Below, in pieces: positions 1 through 11,654 of a stretch of 64,000 bases of DNA. The stretch is from assembly GCA_963702405.1 (NCBI GenBank), contig CAVPCM010000001.1:121320-185319 (forward strand). The letters are read 5' to 3'. The notes under the pieces were generated by a model, which saw only the letters and a program-made list of their open reading frames with translations, did not search any database and had not been told where the DNA came from. Source of the stretch: an uncultured Actinomycetota bacterium (GTDB lineage: Bacteria; Actinomycetota; UBA4738; HRBIN12). The first letter of the stretch is position 1. The number at the start of each line of letters is the position of its first letter. The position numbers and the translations under genes are program-made.

Positions 1-623
1 AACCGATCGAGGAGCGGCAGCAGGGTTCCGCTCGTCGCGGTCTCGATCCGAACCGGGCCCGCCTCCGCCTCGAGCTTGTTCGCCTTCCGTCGGATCTCGT
101 GGCGGAGCTTCGACGGGATCTGCTGGAGGTAACCGTCCCATGTAGCAGGGAGCTCGAGGAACGGCGCGACACCGTTCTGGTCCTCGGTCTCTTCGACGGC
201 GAGCCCGTGTGCCACGGCGGCATCGCGCAGCGCGGGCAGCCACGCAGAGCTCTCGGGAAGGCCGCGGAGATCCGCCGTGCGCCAGTCGGCTCGGTCGAGC
301 AGCTCCGCCCAGAGGCGATCGCTGAACGCCGTCGCTACGTCCGGGCGACCGACGGGGCCGAGGTAGTCCGTTACCTCTGTCCCGCCGAGGAACCGGAGGG
401 TGTCCTCGATCCGCTCGAAGGCCGCGGCCGCCACCTGGGTGCCGGCGTCCTCGCCGAAGGCGAGCAGTAGGTGGTCGGGCTCCTCGCCGAACTCCTCCCA
501 ATAGAGCTTCAGGAAGTCCGGCGTGTGGAAGATCGTTCCGGCCGGGTCGAGCCGAACGAGGTCGCTCCAGTCGCGGCGGAGGAAGTCGCGCGGGTCTTCG
601 GAGAAGACCACGTCCAGCGTCAC
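1..623 (-). CDS. GNAT family N-acetyltransferase (CelD/BcsL-like), 3' end outside window
   Basis: Manual translation from GTG at 623: MTLDVVFSEDPRDFLRRDWSDLVRLDPAGTIFHTPDFLKLYWEEFG...FLGGTEVTDYLG...LPATWDGYLQQIPSKLRHEIRRK. The start overlaps the DUF2207 stop (GTGA). Absent from the ORF track because the frame is open to the window edge. Confidence 0.75.
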   Translation of the reverse strand, partial: MTLDVVFSEDPRDFLRRDWSDLVRLDPAGTIFHTPDFLKLYWEEFGEEPDHLLLAFGEDAGTQVAAAAFERIEDTLRFLGGTEVTDYLGPVGRPDVATAFSDRLWAELLDRADWRTADLRGLPESSAWLPALRDAAVAHGLAVEETEDQNGVAPFLELPATWDGYLQQIPSKLRHEIRRKANKLEAEAGPVRIETATSGTLLPLLDR

Positions 624-2421
624 CAGGAGCCGCCGCCTCCGCCGCCGCCGCCTCCGCCGGAGGAGCCGCCACCGCCGAACCCGCTCGAGCCCGAGGACGC
701 CGGCGTGGAGGCGAGCGTTCCACCGGTGGTCACCGCGAAGCCGTCGACCGAGTCCGCGAACGCGGCCGCCGTGAACATCTGCGGGCCCACGTACCAGCTC
801 GACGTGTCGGGCTGGAGCCCGAGATCCTCGAACGCCTTCGCCCACTTCTCCGTGAGCCCGAAGACGATCGCGTACGGCAGGTAGCGCGTGAAGACGTTTT
901 CCTCCTCGGCCCACCGGGCCATGTGCTGCTCCGCGGTGGCGATCACCAGGCGGAAGCCACGGATGCGGCGGAGCATCGCGGTACCCTTCGCCGTGCGAGC
1001 CGGCATCTGTCTCGCCATCAGCGAGAGCGCGAGACCGGCCACGATCACGGGCACCCCGACGATGCCCCAATGCGTCCAACGGGCGAGCACGAACGTGACC
1101 GCGGCCCCGGCGACGAGCAGGAACACGCCGGCTCCCGCCCACCGGAGGCGCACCTGGTCGGGCCGGGCACGGAACCACTTCTGGCGCATCGCGTCCGAAT
1201 AGAGAGCGCTCTCCACACCATGCAGCCGATCCGAGAACGTCGTCTTCAGCTCCGAGACCTTCACCTCGTTCCCGTCCCGGAAGAGGCCGTCGAGGAGCTT
1301 CCGTTCGTACGCGAGGAGCTCGCTCTCCGCGCCTTCCAGACGGATCAGTGTCCAGTCCGTCTTGGAGAAGAGGCCCGAATCCGGGATCTCCTGGATCAGG
1401 AGGAACCCACGCCCGGCGAGATCGACGATCGTCGCAGTGACGTCGATCACGTTGGCGCGCTCGTCGAGCAAAGTCCCGATCTGCCCCGGACGAACGTTCT
1501 CCGGGGGCGCGAACTCGACGGGGGCCTCCGCGTCGCCCTCACCCAGCGGGACCTGCTCGCTGTCGCCGCCCGGGCTGCCCATCACTTGGTCGATCTGCGA
1601 CCCGATGAAGCGGCGATCCCTTCCCTCCCGCCACCACAGACGCCCCAACAGACCCCCGAAGAGCCCGAGCACGGCGACGGCGCCAGCGACCGTTCCGGCG
1701 TTGACGCTGAACGCTCGGCCCGCGGACCAGCGCTCCTCGAGGATCGGAGCTGGCTCGGGCACAGCCCCTTTCGGGATCGCGACAACCACGGTCAATCCTT
1801 CGAACGCAGCCAGCTCGCGGCCCGGCATGAACGTGGCCGCGCGAACCGTCGTTGGTCGCCCGAGCGCAGGGCTCCGTCGACCCTTCGTAGCCCTGGAAGC
1901 AGGCGACGCGTTCGATAGAAGCTGGCGCGATGACCGTCACGGCGGCTCGCTCGATCGGCGCCTGCCACTCGTCGCCGATCGCGTTCCAGTAGAGCTCGTC
2001 GTGATCTGGGAACCCGTTCAGCGCGCCCTCGACCCGGTACGTCAGGACGTACGTGTGGAGACCCGAGATCTCCACGTCGGGATCGCCGACCCGGATCGTC
2101 GTGGTGCCGCCCTCCTCGGAGACCTCGACATCGGCCGGAGCGGTGGGGCTCTCCACCGACACGTCCTCTATCGGGTACACGCGATCGTTCACGTCGTCGT
2201 ACGGGAACCGCGAAGGGATCGTGCGGAAGATGCCGTGACGGAGCTCGCTGCCGAAGTCATAGTCGATCGTCTCCGTGACCGCCAGGTCGCCGTCGTCGAG
2301 GATCCGGATCTCGACCACGTAGCGAATGGATGACCTCGCCACCGGACTGTCCGGCTGCCGACCCTCCCAGCAACAGGAGCAGCGCGCCAGCCGCGAACGT
2401 CGAGAGCAGGGTCCGTCTCAT
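620..2421 (-). CDS. DUF2207 family membrane protein (frameshifted near 2325 and 1850)
   Basis: Signal peptide MRRTLLSTFAAGALLLLLGG; N-domain 'VTETIDYDFG..RHGIFRTIP...DELYWNAIG' (ORF 1539-2342); C-domain 'YLPYAIVFG' and Gly-rich 'GGGGSSGGGGGGGGGGSW' tail (ORF 620-1828). Confidence 0.85.
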
Positions 2422-3497
2422 CACTGCACGAAGTAGAAGGAGATCGCCATGATGCCGTAGGCACCCATGAGCTGCGCTCCTTCCAGCCAGTTCGATCGGC
2501 CGTCGACCGAGATCATGAACACGAGGAACGTCGAGAGCGCAACCGCGGCGACCTCGAACGTGCTGAACACGAAGTCCATCGGGTGCCCGATGAGCAGCGA
2601 GATGAACACCAGTGCCGGGGCGACGAAGAGCGCGATCTGCGTGGATGAGCCGATCGCGATCTCGAGCGTGACGTCGACCTTGTTCCGCAGGGCGAAGAGC
2701 ACCGCCGAGGAATGCTCGGCCGCGTTCCCGATGATCGGGATCAGGATCAACCCGACGAACAGCTCGGACAGCCCGAGCGATTCGATCGCCGGCTCGAGCG
2801 ACCCGACGAGGAACTCCGACATCAGAGCGACCAGGCCCGTTGAGGCCAGCAGGATGCCCATGGCCTTCCGGCGCGACCACGACGGCTCCTCGTGCTCGGC
2901 CGGCGTGCGGAACAGGTGCTCGTGGGTGATCAGCGTGAAGGCGAGCGCCGCGATGTAGAGGGTGATCAGCACGGCAGCCACCGTTCCGGAGACGACCTCA
3001 CGCTGGATCAGGCTGTGGTTGCCGCCGAGCGCGAACAGCGCGGGCATCAGCAGACCGGTGACCGCCAGCACCAGCGAGGTCGCGTGCACCGAGGCCGCCC
3101 GGGCGTTGTACTCCTGCTCCTCATGCTTCAGCCCGCCCACGAAGAAGGACAGGCCGAGCACGAGGAGCAGGTTCCCCAGGATCGAGCCGGTGAGGGATGC
3201 CTTCACGATCTCGATCTTCCCTTCGAGGAGCAGGAAGATCGCGATGATCAGCTCGGTGACGTTGCCGAACGTGGCGTTGATCAGCCCGCCCAGGCGTGGA
3301 CCGACGTGGAGCGCGAGCTGCTCGGTGGAGCGGCCGATCAGTCCCGCGAGGGGCAGGATCGCGCCTGCGGAGGTGAGGAAGATCGCGAGGTCGGGGCCGC
3401 CCGCGATCTCGAGGACGATCGCGAGGGGAACCAGGACCAGGAGCCAGTCGAGCGAGGGCTTCAGTGAGCGCGTTCGCCTCGGTGTCGTCGTCGGCAC
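2421..3497 (-). CDS. cax: Ca2+/H+ antiporter (CaCA, ChaA/Cax family)
   Basis: Alpha-repeat motifs 'NATFGNVTELII' and 'PIIGNAAEH', plus 'IAIGSSTQIALF'; about 11 TM segments. Confidence 0.9.
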   Translation of the reverse strand: MPTTTPRRTRSLKPSLDWLLVLVPLAIVLEIAGGPDLAIFLTSAGAILPLAGLIGRSTEQLALHVGPRLGGLINATFGNVTELIIAIFLLLEGKIEIVKASLTGSILGNLLLVLGLSFFVGGLKHEEQEYNARAASVHATSLVLAVTGLLMPALFALGGNHSLIQREVVSGTVAAVLITLYIAALAFTLITHEHLFRTPAEHEEPSWSRRKAMGILLASTGLVALMSEFLVGSLEPAIESLGLSELFVGLILIPIIGNAAEHSSAVLFALRNKVDVTLEIAIGSSTQIALFVAPALVFISLLIGHPMDFVFSTFEVAAVALSTFLVFMISVDGRSNWLEGAQLMGAYGIMAISFYFVQ

Positions 3498-3533
3498 GGG
3501 CGCCAGGGTAGACGGTCGGCGCGCGCCGAGTGG

Positions 3534-3983
3534 CTAGTGGGCGGCGGCGCCGCTCGCGGCACCGCCGTCCGAGACCGCCTCCTGCAGGACGTCCCACGCC
3601 AGCACCGCGCACTTGATGCGGATCGGGTACTTCACGACGCCCTTCAGCGCGACGAGGTCGCCGAAGACGTCCTCGTCGGGCTCGACCTCGCCCGCCAGCA
3701 TCCCGCGCACGTCCGCGGCGAGGGACATCGCGTCCTCGACCGTCTTGCCGCCCACCGACTCCGTCATCATCGAAGCGCTCGACTGACTGATCGAGCACCC
3801 CGCGCCCTCGAACGTGACCTCCAGGAGCTTCCCGTCCTCGAGGTTGGCGGAGACCGTGATCTCGTCGCCGCAGAGCGGGTTGTTCTTCGTGCACGTCACG
3901 GCCGCCCCCGGCAGCTCGCGCTTGTTCCGAGGGTTCTTGTAGTGATCGAGGATCGTTTCCTTGTAGATGTCGTCGAGCGCCAC
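3534..3983 (-). CDS. sufU: SUF system NifU-family protein SufU
   Basis: 'ILDHYKNPRN', 'NPLCGD', 'GCSISQSSAS', 'RIKCAVLAW'. Confidence 0.95.
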   Translation of the reverse strand: MALDDIYKETILDHYKNPRNKRELPGAAVTCTKNNPLCGDEITVSANLEDGKLLEVTFEGAGCSISQSSASMMTESVGGKTVEDAMSLAADVRGMLAGEVEPDEDVFGDLVALKGVVKYPIRIKCAVLAWDVLQEAVSDGGAASGAAAH

Positions 3984-3997
3984 GGTCCCTCCGAACG

Positions 3998-5221
3998 CTA
4001 GTCCCTGAAGAATGCTTCCGCCTTCGCCAGCGCGTCCACGAGGACGTCCACCTCGTCGCGCGTGTTGTACACGTAGAACGACGCCCGAGCCGTCGCCGGC
4101 GTCTCGAACCGGCGCATCACGAGCTGCGCGCAGTGGTGCCCGGCGCGGATCGCCACGCCCTGCTCATCCAACACCGTCGCCAGGTCGTGGGGGTGGACGT
4201 CGCGGAACCAGAAGCTCACCGCGCCGCCGCGGGCGGCGGCGTCCTTCGGCCCGTAGACCGTGGCCCCGGCCGACAGCAGCGTGTCGAGCGCGTAGCGCGT
4301 GATCTCCTCCTCGTGCGCCCTGACGGCATCCATGCCGAGGGCCTGGAGGTAGTCCACCGCGACGCCGAGGCCGACCTGCTGCGCGATCTGCATCGTCCCG
4401 GCCTCGAACTTGTACGGGATCTCCTTCCAGGTGGAGTGGTCGTGGAAGACCTCGTGGATCATCTCTCCGCCGCCGAACATCGGATCCATCGCGTCGAGGA
4501 GCTCGGCCTTCGCGTAGAGACCGCCGCTCGCCGTGGGGCCGAGCATCTTGTGGCCGCTGAACGCGAGGAAGTCGCAGTCGAGCTCGCTGACGGAGACCCC
4601 GTTGTGCGGCACGAGCTGCGCGGCATCCACCGCGACGACCGCACCCACCGCGTGGGCGGCTTCGATGAGCTGGCCGAGCGGCGTGATCGTCCCCAGGGCG
4701 TTGGACATCCCGGTCACGGACAGGATCTTGGTCCGCTCGTTCAGCAGCGATCCCAGCTCCGAGAGGTCGAGCTGCCCGTCGTCGGTGAGCGGGAGATAGC
4801 GGAGGACCGCCCCGGTCACCTGCGCCGTGAGCTGCCAGGGCACGATGTTCGAGTGGTGCTCCATGTCGGTGAGGAGGACCTCGTCGCCCTCCTTCAGGAA
4901 CTTGCGTCCCCACCCCTGGGCCACCAGGTTCAGCGATTCCGTGGTCCCGCGGGTGAACACGATCGTGCGAGGGTCCGGAGCGCCGAAGAACGCCGCGAGC
5001 TTCGCGCGCGCGCCCTCGAAGGCCTCGGTCGACTCCTCACCGAGCGTGTAGATCCCGCGGTGGGCGTTCGCGTTGTGGTTCGCGTAGAAGTCGGAGACGG
5101 CGTCGATCACCTGACGAGGCTTCTGGGACGTGGCGGCCGAGTCCAGGTAGACGAGCGGGTGGCCGTTGATCGTGCGCTCCAGGATCGGGAAGTCGCGCCG
5201 GATCCGCTCGACGTCCAGCAC
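3998..5221 (-). CDS. sufS: Cysteine desulfurase SufS
   Basis: 'YLDSAATSQKP', PLP lysine 'FSGHKMLGP', catalytic 'RAGHHCA'. Confidence 0.95.
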   Translation of the reverse strand: MLDVERIRRDFPILERTINGHPLVYLDSAATSQKPRQVIDAVSDFYANHNANAHRGIYTLGEESTEAFEGARAKLAAFFGAPDPRTIVFTRGTTESLNLVAQGWGRKFLKEGDEVLLTDMEHHSNIVPWQLTAQVTGAVLRYLPLTDDGQLDLSELGSLLNERTKILSVTGMSNALGTITPLGQLIEAAHAVGAVVAVDAAQLVPHNGVSVSELDCDFLAFSGHKMLGPTASGGLYAKAELLDAMDPMFGGGEMIHEVFHDHSTWKEIPYKFEAGTMQIAQQVGLGVAVDYLQALGMDAVRAHEEEITRYALDTLLSAGATVYGPKDAAARGGAVSFWFRDVHPHDLATVLDEQGVAIRAGHHCAQLVMRRFETPATARASFYVYNTRDEVDVLVDALAKAEAFFRD

Positions 5222-5254
5222 GCTCGCCGCGGCGCTCGAGCTGCTCCTTGCCGC

Positions 5255-6043
5255 TCATCCCTTCTCCTCTCCCCCGTCCTCGATCCCGAGCTCCTCGCGG
5301 ATGCCCTCGTACCCCTTCTCCTCGAGCTCGCTCGCGAGCTCCGGGCCGCCGGACCTCACGATACGACCCTGCATCATCACGTGGACGCGATCGGCGGCGA
5401 TGTAGTTGAGGATCCGCTGGTAGTGGGTGATCAGCAGGACCCCGAGCTCCGGGCCCACGAGCTCGGCCACGCCCCCGGCCACCAGCTTCAGCGAGTCGAT
5501 GTCGAGGCCGGAGTCGGTCTCGTCCAAGATCGCGATCTCCGGCTGGAGGACCGCGAGCTGCAGGACCTCGTTCCGCTTCTTCTCGCCTCCCGAGAACCCC
5601 TGGTTCACGTAGCGCTGGACCATCGCGTCCTCGATGCCGAGACGGTCCATCTGCTCCTTCATGTGCTTGCGGAACGCCAGCGCGCTCATCTGCTCGCCCT
5701 TCACGGCCTGGTAGGCGGTCCGGAGGAAGTTCACGACGCTCACGCCGGGGACCTCCGTCGGGTACTGCAGCGCGAGGAACAGCCCACGCTTGGCCCGCTG
5801 ATCCGTCGTGAGGCCGGTGATCTTCTCGCCCTTGAAGATCACGTCGCCGCCGGTGAGCACGTATCCCGGCCGGCCCATGATGATGTTGGACAGTGTCGAT
5901 TTCCCCGATCCGTTCGGCCCCATCAGGGCGTGGGTCTCCCCCTGCGTCACGGTCAGGTCGATGCCCTTCAGGATCTCCTTGCCCTCGACCTCCGCGTGGA
6001 GATCGCGGATCTCGAGCATCGCGCGTCCGTTGTTCTCGCTCAT
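5255..6043 (-). CDS. sufC: Fe-S cluster assembly ATPase SufC
   Basis: Walker A GPNGSGKST, 'FSGGEKKRNE', 'LDETDSGLDID'; ATG at 6043 (MSENNGRAMLEI). Confidence 0.95.
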   Translation of the reverse strand: MSENNGRAMLEIRDLHAEVEGKEILKGIDLTVTQGETHALMGPNGSGKSTLSNIIMGRPGYVLTGGDVIFKGEKITGLTTDQRAKRGLFLALQYPTEVPGVSVVNFLRTAYQAVKGEQMSALAFRKHMKEQMDRLGIEDAMVQRYVNQGFSGGEKKRNEVLQLAVLQPEIAILDETDSGLDIDSLKLVAGGVAELVGPELGVLLITHYQRILNYIAADRVHVMMQGRIVRSGGPELASELEEKGYEGIREELGIEDGGEEKG

Positions 6044-6048
6044 GGTCT

Positions 6049-6375
6049 TCACACCTCGATGTAGATGTCGTCGTCCTGGGTCGTGATCGGGAAGACGTCC
6101 ACCGGCGTCGTGGCCGGCAGGCTCCTCGGCTTCCCGCTGTTCAGATCGAACGAGGACCCGTGCTTCGGGCACTCGATCGTCTCGAAGTCCGCGTCGACGT
6201 CCCCCTCGTCCAAGAAGTAGTGGGCGTGGCTGCAGATCGCGTCGATCGCGCGGAGGCCTTCGTCCCCGAGGTTCACGAGCGCCACGAGCCGGCCGTCGAC
6301 GGGGAAGCGCTTCGCCTCGCCCGGCGCCGGCGCGTCGGCGACGTCGCAGACCTTGACCGCTTCATCAGTCGGCAT
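6049..6375 (-). CDS. Rieske-type ferredoxin subunit
   Basis: CSH...CPKHGS [2Fe-2S] Rieske ligands; usual position in actinobacterial suf operons. Confidence 0.9.
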   Translation of the reverse strand: MPTDEAVKVCDVADAPAPGEAKRFPVDGRLVALVNLGDEGLRAIDAICSHAHYFLDEGDVDADFETIECPKHGSSFDLNSGKPRSLPATTPVDVFPITTQDDDIYIEV

Positions 6376-7694
6376 CTCCCTGGCCGAGGGCCGCCCGGTC
6401 GAGCTCGTCCTGGATCGCCCGCTCGGCGCCCTCGCGGACCTCGTCGATCTTCACGCGGTCGAGGACCTCCTGGAAGAAGCCCGAGACGATCAGCCGCTCC
6501 GCCTCGGCACGAGGGATCCCTCGGCTCGTCAGGTAGAAGATCGCGTCCTCGTCCACGGGGCCGACGCTCGCCGCGTGTCCGCACCGGACGTCGTTCGCCT
6601 CGATCTCGAGGTTGGGGATCGCGTCGGCCTTGGCGTGCTCGGACAGGACGATGTTGCGCGACGTCTGCATCGCGTTCGTCTTCTGGGCGTCGGGCCGGAC
6701 GTGGACCCAGCCGCTGTAGACCGCGCGGGAGTGGTCGCGGAGCGCGCCCTTGTAGAGCAGGTCGCTCGTGCAGTTGGGCGCGACGTGGTCCTGGATCGAC
6801 CGATGGTCGAAATGCTGCTCCTCGTCGGCGAAGAAGATCCCGAGCATCTCGGAGAAGCCCCCGGGCTCGGCCAGGATCGTCTCGGCCTCGGCGCGCGCGA
6901 GGGAGGCCCCGAACCCGATGTTCAGGGTGCGGAGGGTGGCATCGCGTCCGACCGTGGCCCGCTGGATCCCGAGGTGGGTCACGCCGCTCCCCCACTCCTG
7001 GATCGAGACGTAGCGCACGTGGGAACCGTCGCCCACGTGGATCTCGGTGATCGCGTCGCTGAAGGCTCGACGGACATCCGGGCTCGCGTACCGGTCGATG
7101 AAGGTCACCTCCGAGCCCGCGTCGACCACGAGGAGCGTGTGCGGGAAGACGGCGGCGCCGTCGGCGTCGAGGTAGGTGAGCGTCTGGATCGGGAGCTGGA
7201 TCGCCGTGTCGCGGGGGACGTGCAGGAACGTGCCCCCCGTCCGGAAGGCCGCGTGGAGCGCCGTGAACGTCGTTCGACCGGCCGGGACGAGCTGATGGAG
7301 GAAGGGCTCGACCAGCTCCGGATGGGTCTCGGAGGCCTCGTCCAGGCTGCCGAACCAAACACCACGGTCGGTGAGCGCGGCGCTCCGCTGCGTCGAGAGC
7401 ACCGTGGAGTTCCGCTGGATCTGCAGACCGGCTCGCTCGCCGGCCACGCCGGCAGAGTTGAGGAGCCCGTGCCTGTTGAGGTCCTCGGGCCCGCCCCCGT
7501 CCGCGAACGGCAGGAAGTCGAGCTCGAAGGCCGACAGGTCCGTGTAGCGCCACTCCTCCGTCTCTTGCGAAGGAACGGGCATGGTCTCGAAGCGCCGCAG
7601 GGCATCTGCTCGGAGCTCGGCCACGAACGACGGGCGCCTCGGGAAGGGACTCGAGGGCGCGCTCGTCGAAGGTCGTGGTACTCACCGCGGTCAT
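6365..7694 (-). CDS. sufD: Fe-S cluster assembly protein SufD (frameshift near 7640)
   Basis: 'EEWRYTDL', 'PNLEIEANDVRCGHAASVG', 'FYLTSRGI'; N-terminus MTAVSTTTFDERAL lies in another frame. Confidence 0.9.
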
Positions 7695-7704
7695 CACGAG
7701 AATC

Positions 7705-8797
7705 CTACTCGAGACGGTCGGATTCGCCCCAGCGCGCCGGCTCGTCGGTCGATGCGGTGACCGTCGCCTCGCCGTACGCCGGGCGACGCCTCACGACCTC
7801 GTCTCGCCCGGGCGGACCTTCCGCCCCGGAAGGTTGCTCCTCGGTCTCGAAGGTGACCGTGATCTGTTGCTCCGGACGACGCTGCTCGACGAGTGTGCCG
7901 GCCCGCATGGCACGTTGGTCCGCTTCCGTGAACGGCGGTTGCACGAGGCCGCGAGGCCAGAGCCTACGGACCCTCACGACGTTGATCTCCGCGCAGAGGA
8001 GCGTGAGCTGCCCGCCGAGGTAGATCCACACGAGGAGACCGATGACCAGCGCCAGCGTTCCGTAGACGTTCGACGCCCTCTTGATCGTGTGTTCCACGTA
8101 GTAGCCCCCCACCCCTTGGAGCGCTGTCCACAGGACGGCGGCGACGATGGCCCCCGGGAAGGACGTCGCGCCAACGCAGATCGAGCCTGGTCAAGACGCG
8201 ATAGATGAGGAGGAACAGGACGAGGTTGAAGAGGAGGGAAAGCCCGATCTCCCATGTCACGAGGACGGCCCCGTTCGAGCTGCGCACGGTCGCGAGGCCT
8301 GAGAAGTAGGTCGAGGCCAGGAGCGAGGTCCCCAGGACGACGAGCATCAGAAGACTGCGAAGGCGCGAGATGAAGAAGTTCGGCCTGTCCTTCCTCGGTA
8401 CTTCCCAGATCTGGTTCATCGCGTTCTGGGTCGCCTGGACGACGCCCAGGCCGGCCCAGAGGGCCGTGACGATGCCGACCGTGAGGGCGACCGCGTCTCC
8501 AGTGATCGCATGCACCTCCTCGGCGATCGTCGGTCCGACGATCGGGAACTGGGCGAGCGCCGAGTCGATGATCTCCTGCTGGAGCTGGGGGCTGTTGGCG
8601 AGCACGATGCCGAGCACGCTCACGAACACGAGCATGAGAGGGAACACCGAGAAGAAGCCGTAGTAGGCGATGAGCGCGGCAAGGTAGCCGGCCTGGTCGT
8701 CTCCGTACTTCTTCACGACAGCGAAGGGGAACCCCGCCCACCCGTGACGTCGTTGGAAGCGGTCGATGGCGTGGACGGTGCGCTGGCCGAGACTCAC
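7705..8797 (-). CDS. YihY/virulence factor BrkB family membrane protein (frameshift near 8150)
   Basis: 'AALIAYYGFFSVFPL', 'AMNQIWEV', and C-terminal part 'YGTLALVIGLLVWIYL...CAEIN' in ORF 7705-8112. Confidence 0.85.
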
Positions 8798-8854
8798 GGC
8801 ACGTTCGGGGCGCTCCAGCGGTGCGCGGCTTCGACGACCACGTTCAGAGGGTGG

Positions 8855-10268
8855 CTAGCCGACCGAGCCTTCCATCTGGAGCTCGATCAGGCGATTCAGC
8901 TCGACCGCGTATTCCATCGGCAGCTCGCGCGTGATCGGCTCGATGAAGCCGTTCACGATCATCGCGGTGGCCTCGGCCTCGGAGAGTCCGCGGCTCATCA
9001 GGTAGAAGAGCTGGTCGTCGCCGACCTTCGAGACCGTCGCCTCGTGTCCGAGGGCAGCGGTCTCGTCCTCGACCTCGATGTAGGGGTACGTGTCCGAACG
9101 GCTCTCGTCGTCCAGGATCAGCGCGTCGCAGCGCACCGTCGACTTCGCGTGATGGGCGTCGGGCTCCACTCGGACGAGGCCTCGGTACCCGGTGCGACCG
9201 CCGTCCTTCGAGACGGACTTCGAGTTGATCACGCTCGTCGTGTACGGCGCCGCGTGGATCGCCTTGCCGCCGGCGTCGGTGTGCATGCCCTTGCCGGCGA
9301 ACGCCACGGACAGCACCTCGCCGCGTGCGCCCTTGCCGAGCAGGTAGATCGACGGGTACTTCATCGTGACCTTCGAGCCGATGTTGCCGTCGATCCACTC
9401 CATCACGGAGTCCTCGTAGGCCGCCGCACGCTTGGTCACCAGGTTGTACACGTTGGTCGACCAGTTCTGGATCGTCGTGTAGCGGACCCGGGCGCCCTTC
9501 TTCGCGACGATCTCGACGACCGCGGAGTGCAGCGAGTCGCTCGTGTAGATCGGCGCGGAGCACCCCTCCACGTAGTGCACGTAGGAACCCTCGTCGGCGA
9601 TGATCAGCGTCCGCTCGAACTGGCCCATGTTCTCGGCGTTGATCCGGAAGTAGGCCTGCAGCGGGATGTCGACCGCCACGCCCGGCGGCACGTAGATGAA
9701 CGAGCCGCCCGACCACACCGCCGTGTTCAGCGCGGCGAACTTGTTGTCGTTCGGCGGGATGATCGTCCCGAAGTACTCCTTCACGAGGTCCGGGTAGTCG
9801 CGGAGCGCGGAGTCCATGTCGGTGAAGAGGACACCGATCTCGTCGAGCTCCTTCTTGATCTTGTGGTACACGACCTCGGACTCGTACTGGGCGCTCACGC
9901 CGCCGAGGTACTTCTTCTCCGCCTCGGGGATCCCGAGCTTGTCCCAGGTGCCGCGGATGTCCTCGGGGAGGTCCTCCCAGTTCTGGGCCTGCTTCTCGGT
10001 GGAGCGGATGAAGTAGTAGATGTTCTCGAAGTCGATGTCGGACAGGTCGGCGCCCCACCAGGGCATCGGGCGACTCTCGAAGTGCTTCAGGGCCTTCAGG
10101 CGATACTTCCGCATCCAGTCGGGCTCGGCTCTTGAGCTCGCTGATCTCCTCGACGACCTGCGTCGACAGGCCCCGCTTCGGCTCGAAGACCGAGTGGGAC
10201 GGGTCCTTCCAGTCGAAGCGGTATCCCTTGGACAGCTCCTTGAGATGCTCTTCCTGGCTGACGGCCAT
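8855..10268 (-). CDS. sufB: Fe-S cluster assembly protein SufB (frameshift near 10130)
   Basis: '[25 protein letters not shown]', 'HEATVSKV', C-terminal 'ELQMEGSVG'; start [18 protein letters not shown] at 10268. Confidence 0.95.
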
Positions 10269-10364
10269 GTCACTCCCTCGATCGCTCGCCGGTGCGGTCC
10301 CCTACAGGCTACCCGCGGTCCTGCTCTGAAGTCTATCTCGCAGGTCGGATTCATCCCGGGAGGG

Positions 10365-11528
10365 TCACCCGTGGCGCTCCGCGACGTCCGCCGGATCCCA
10401 CCGGTCCACCCGGCGGGCCAAGACCTTCGTGATCGCCGAGCCGACGACGACGGTGAAGATCACGTAGGCGACCGTGACCGGGCCGAGGTCATCCTCGACG
10501 GCTGCGGCCGTGGCGAGCCCTGCGATCGCGATCGAGAACTCCCCGCGCGGGACCAAGGCGGCTCCGACGACCCCCCTCGCCCGAGGTTCCGACCCCATCC
10601 TTCCCGCAGCCCACCACCCGGTGGCGAACTTCGTGACGAGCGTCACCACACCAAGGATCAGTGCGATCCAGAGGACGGGCGGGATCGTGCTGGGATCGAT
10701 GGAGAGCCCGATGAACGCGAAGAAGATCGCAGCGAACAGGTCGCGGAGCGGGCGGACGAGCGTCTGCGCGCCCGCGGCCGCGGGACCCGACAGCATGATG
10801 CCCGCCAGCAGCGCTCCGACCGCTGCAGAGAATCTCGCCACCTCGGCGACGCCGGCGATCAGGAAGGCGAATCCGAGGATCGACAACAGGAGTGCCTCGT
10901 CGGATCGGCTGAAGAGCAGCTGGCTGAGGCCGACTTCCACCCGGAGTGCCACCACGAGCAGGAGCGCGACCGCGCCGATCGCCACGGCGGCCGCGACGAG
11001 GGATACGCCGGCACTCGCGCCGATCAGGACGGCCGCCAGGATCGGGAGGTAGATCGCCATCACGAGGTCCTCGATCACCGCGATCGTCACCACGAATCGG
11101 CCCGCGCCCCGAGCGTGCGGCCCCGCATGCTCCAAGAGCTTCGCGGCAACGCCGGAGGAAGAGACGTACGTGATCCCGCCGAGGAACGCCGCGGCCAGCC
11201 ACCCCCACCCCAGCACGAGCCCGACGAGCACCCCCGGTGCCGCATTCAGGAGCAGGTCGACCGCGCCGGGCGTCACGGAGCTTCTGGCGGTGGCGAGCAG
11301 GTCTCGTGACGAGTGCTCGAGCCCGAGCACGAACAGGACGAGGATCAGGCCGATCTCCGCCCCGGTCTCGACGAACACCCGTGTCGTGACGAGCGGCAGG
11401 ATGCCACCCTCGCCGAACGCGAGCCCCGCGACCAGGTACAGGGGAACGGTCGGAAGATCGAACTTCGCCGCGACACGCGCGAGGACCGCCAGGCCGAGGA
11501 TCACGACACCCAGCTCGAGAAGCGTCAC
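10365..11528 (-). CDS. Cation:proton antiporter (CPA2, KhtU-like)
   Basis: 'LFVLGLE', '[10 protein letters not shown]', 'VIEDL', 'PLRDLF', 'VPRGEFS'. Confidence 0.85.
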   Translation of the reverse strand: MTLLELGVVILGLAVLARVAAKFDLPTVPLYLVAGLAFGEGGILPLVTTRVFVETGAEIGLILVLFVLGLEHSSRDLLATARSSVTPGAVDLLLNAAPGVLVGLVLGWGWLAAAFLGGITYVSSSGVAAKLLEHAGPHARGAGRFVVTIAVIEDLVMAIYLPILAAVLIGASAGVSLVAAAVAIGAVALLLVVALRVEVGLSQLLFSRSDEALLLSILGFAFLIAGVAEVARFSAAVGALLAGIMLSGPAAAGAQTLVRPLRDLFAAIFFAFIGLSIDPSTIPPVLWIALILGVVTLVTKFATGWWAAGRMGSEPRARGVVGAALVPRGEFSIAIAGLATAAAVEDDLGPVTVAYVIFTVVVGSAITKVLARRVDRWDPADVAERHG

Positions 11529-11654
11529 GAGCGACGACCCGCTTCCGGGCTACCCATCGCCCGAGTCTAGGGCGGTGGAGAGCCGGTATCCCGAGGGTTC
11601 CTCGGTCTCCTACGTATCAGCTATGCCCGATCGGCGAGGCGAAGAGGACGTTCA

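Noticed and set aside
620..700. GCC/CCG-rich low-complexity repeat
   Set aside because: It encodes the normal Gly/Ser tail of DUF2207.
4133..10135. Long plus-strand ORFs (643, 556, 541 aa) and similar antisense ORFs elsewhere, e.g. 41371-43305 and 53913-55622
   Set aside because: Shadow frames of high-GC genes on the opposite strand, with no recognisable motifs.
8855..10268. Programmed frameshifting, intein or pseudogenisation in sufB/sufD
   Set aside because: No slippery site or insertion, lengths are normal, and the same indel pattern affects many unrelated genes.
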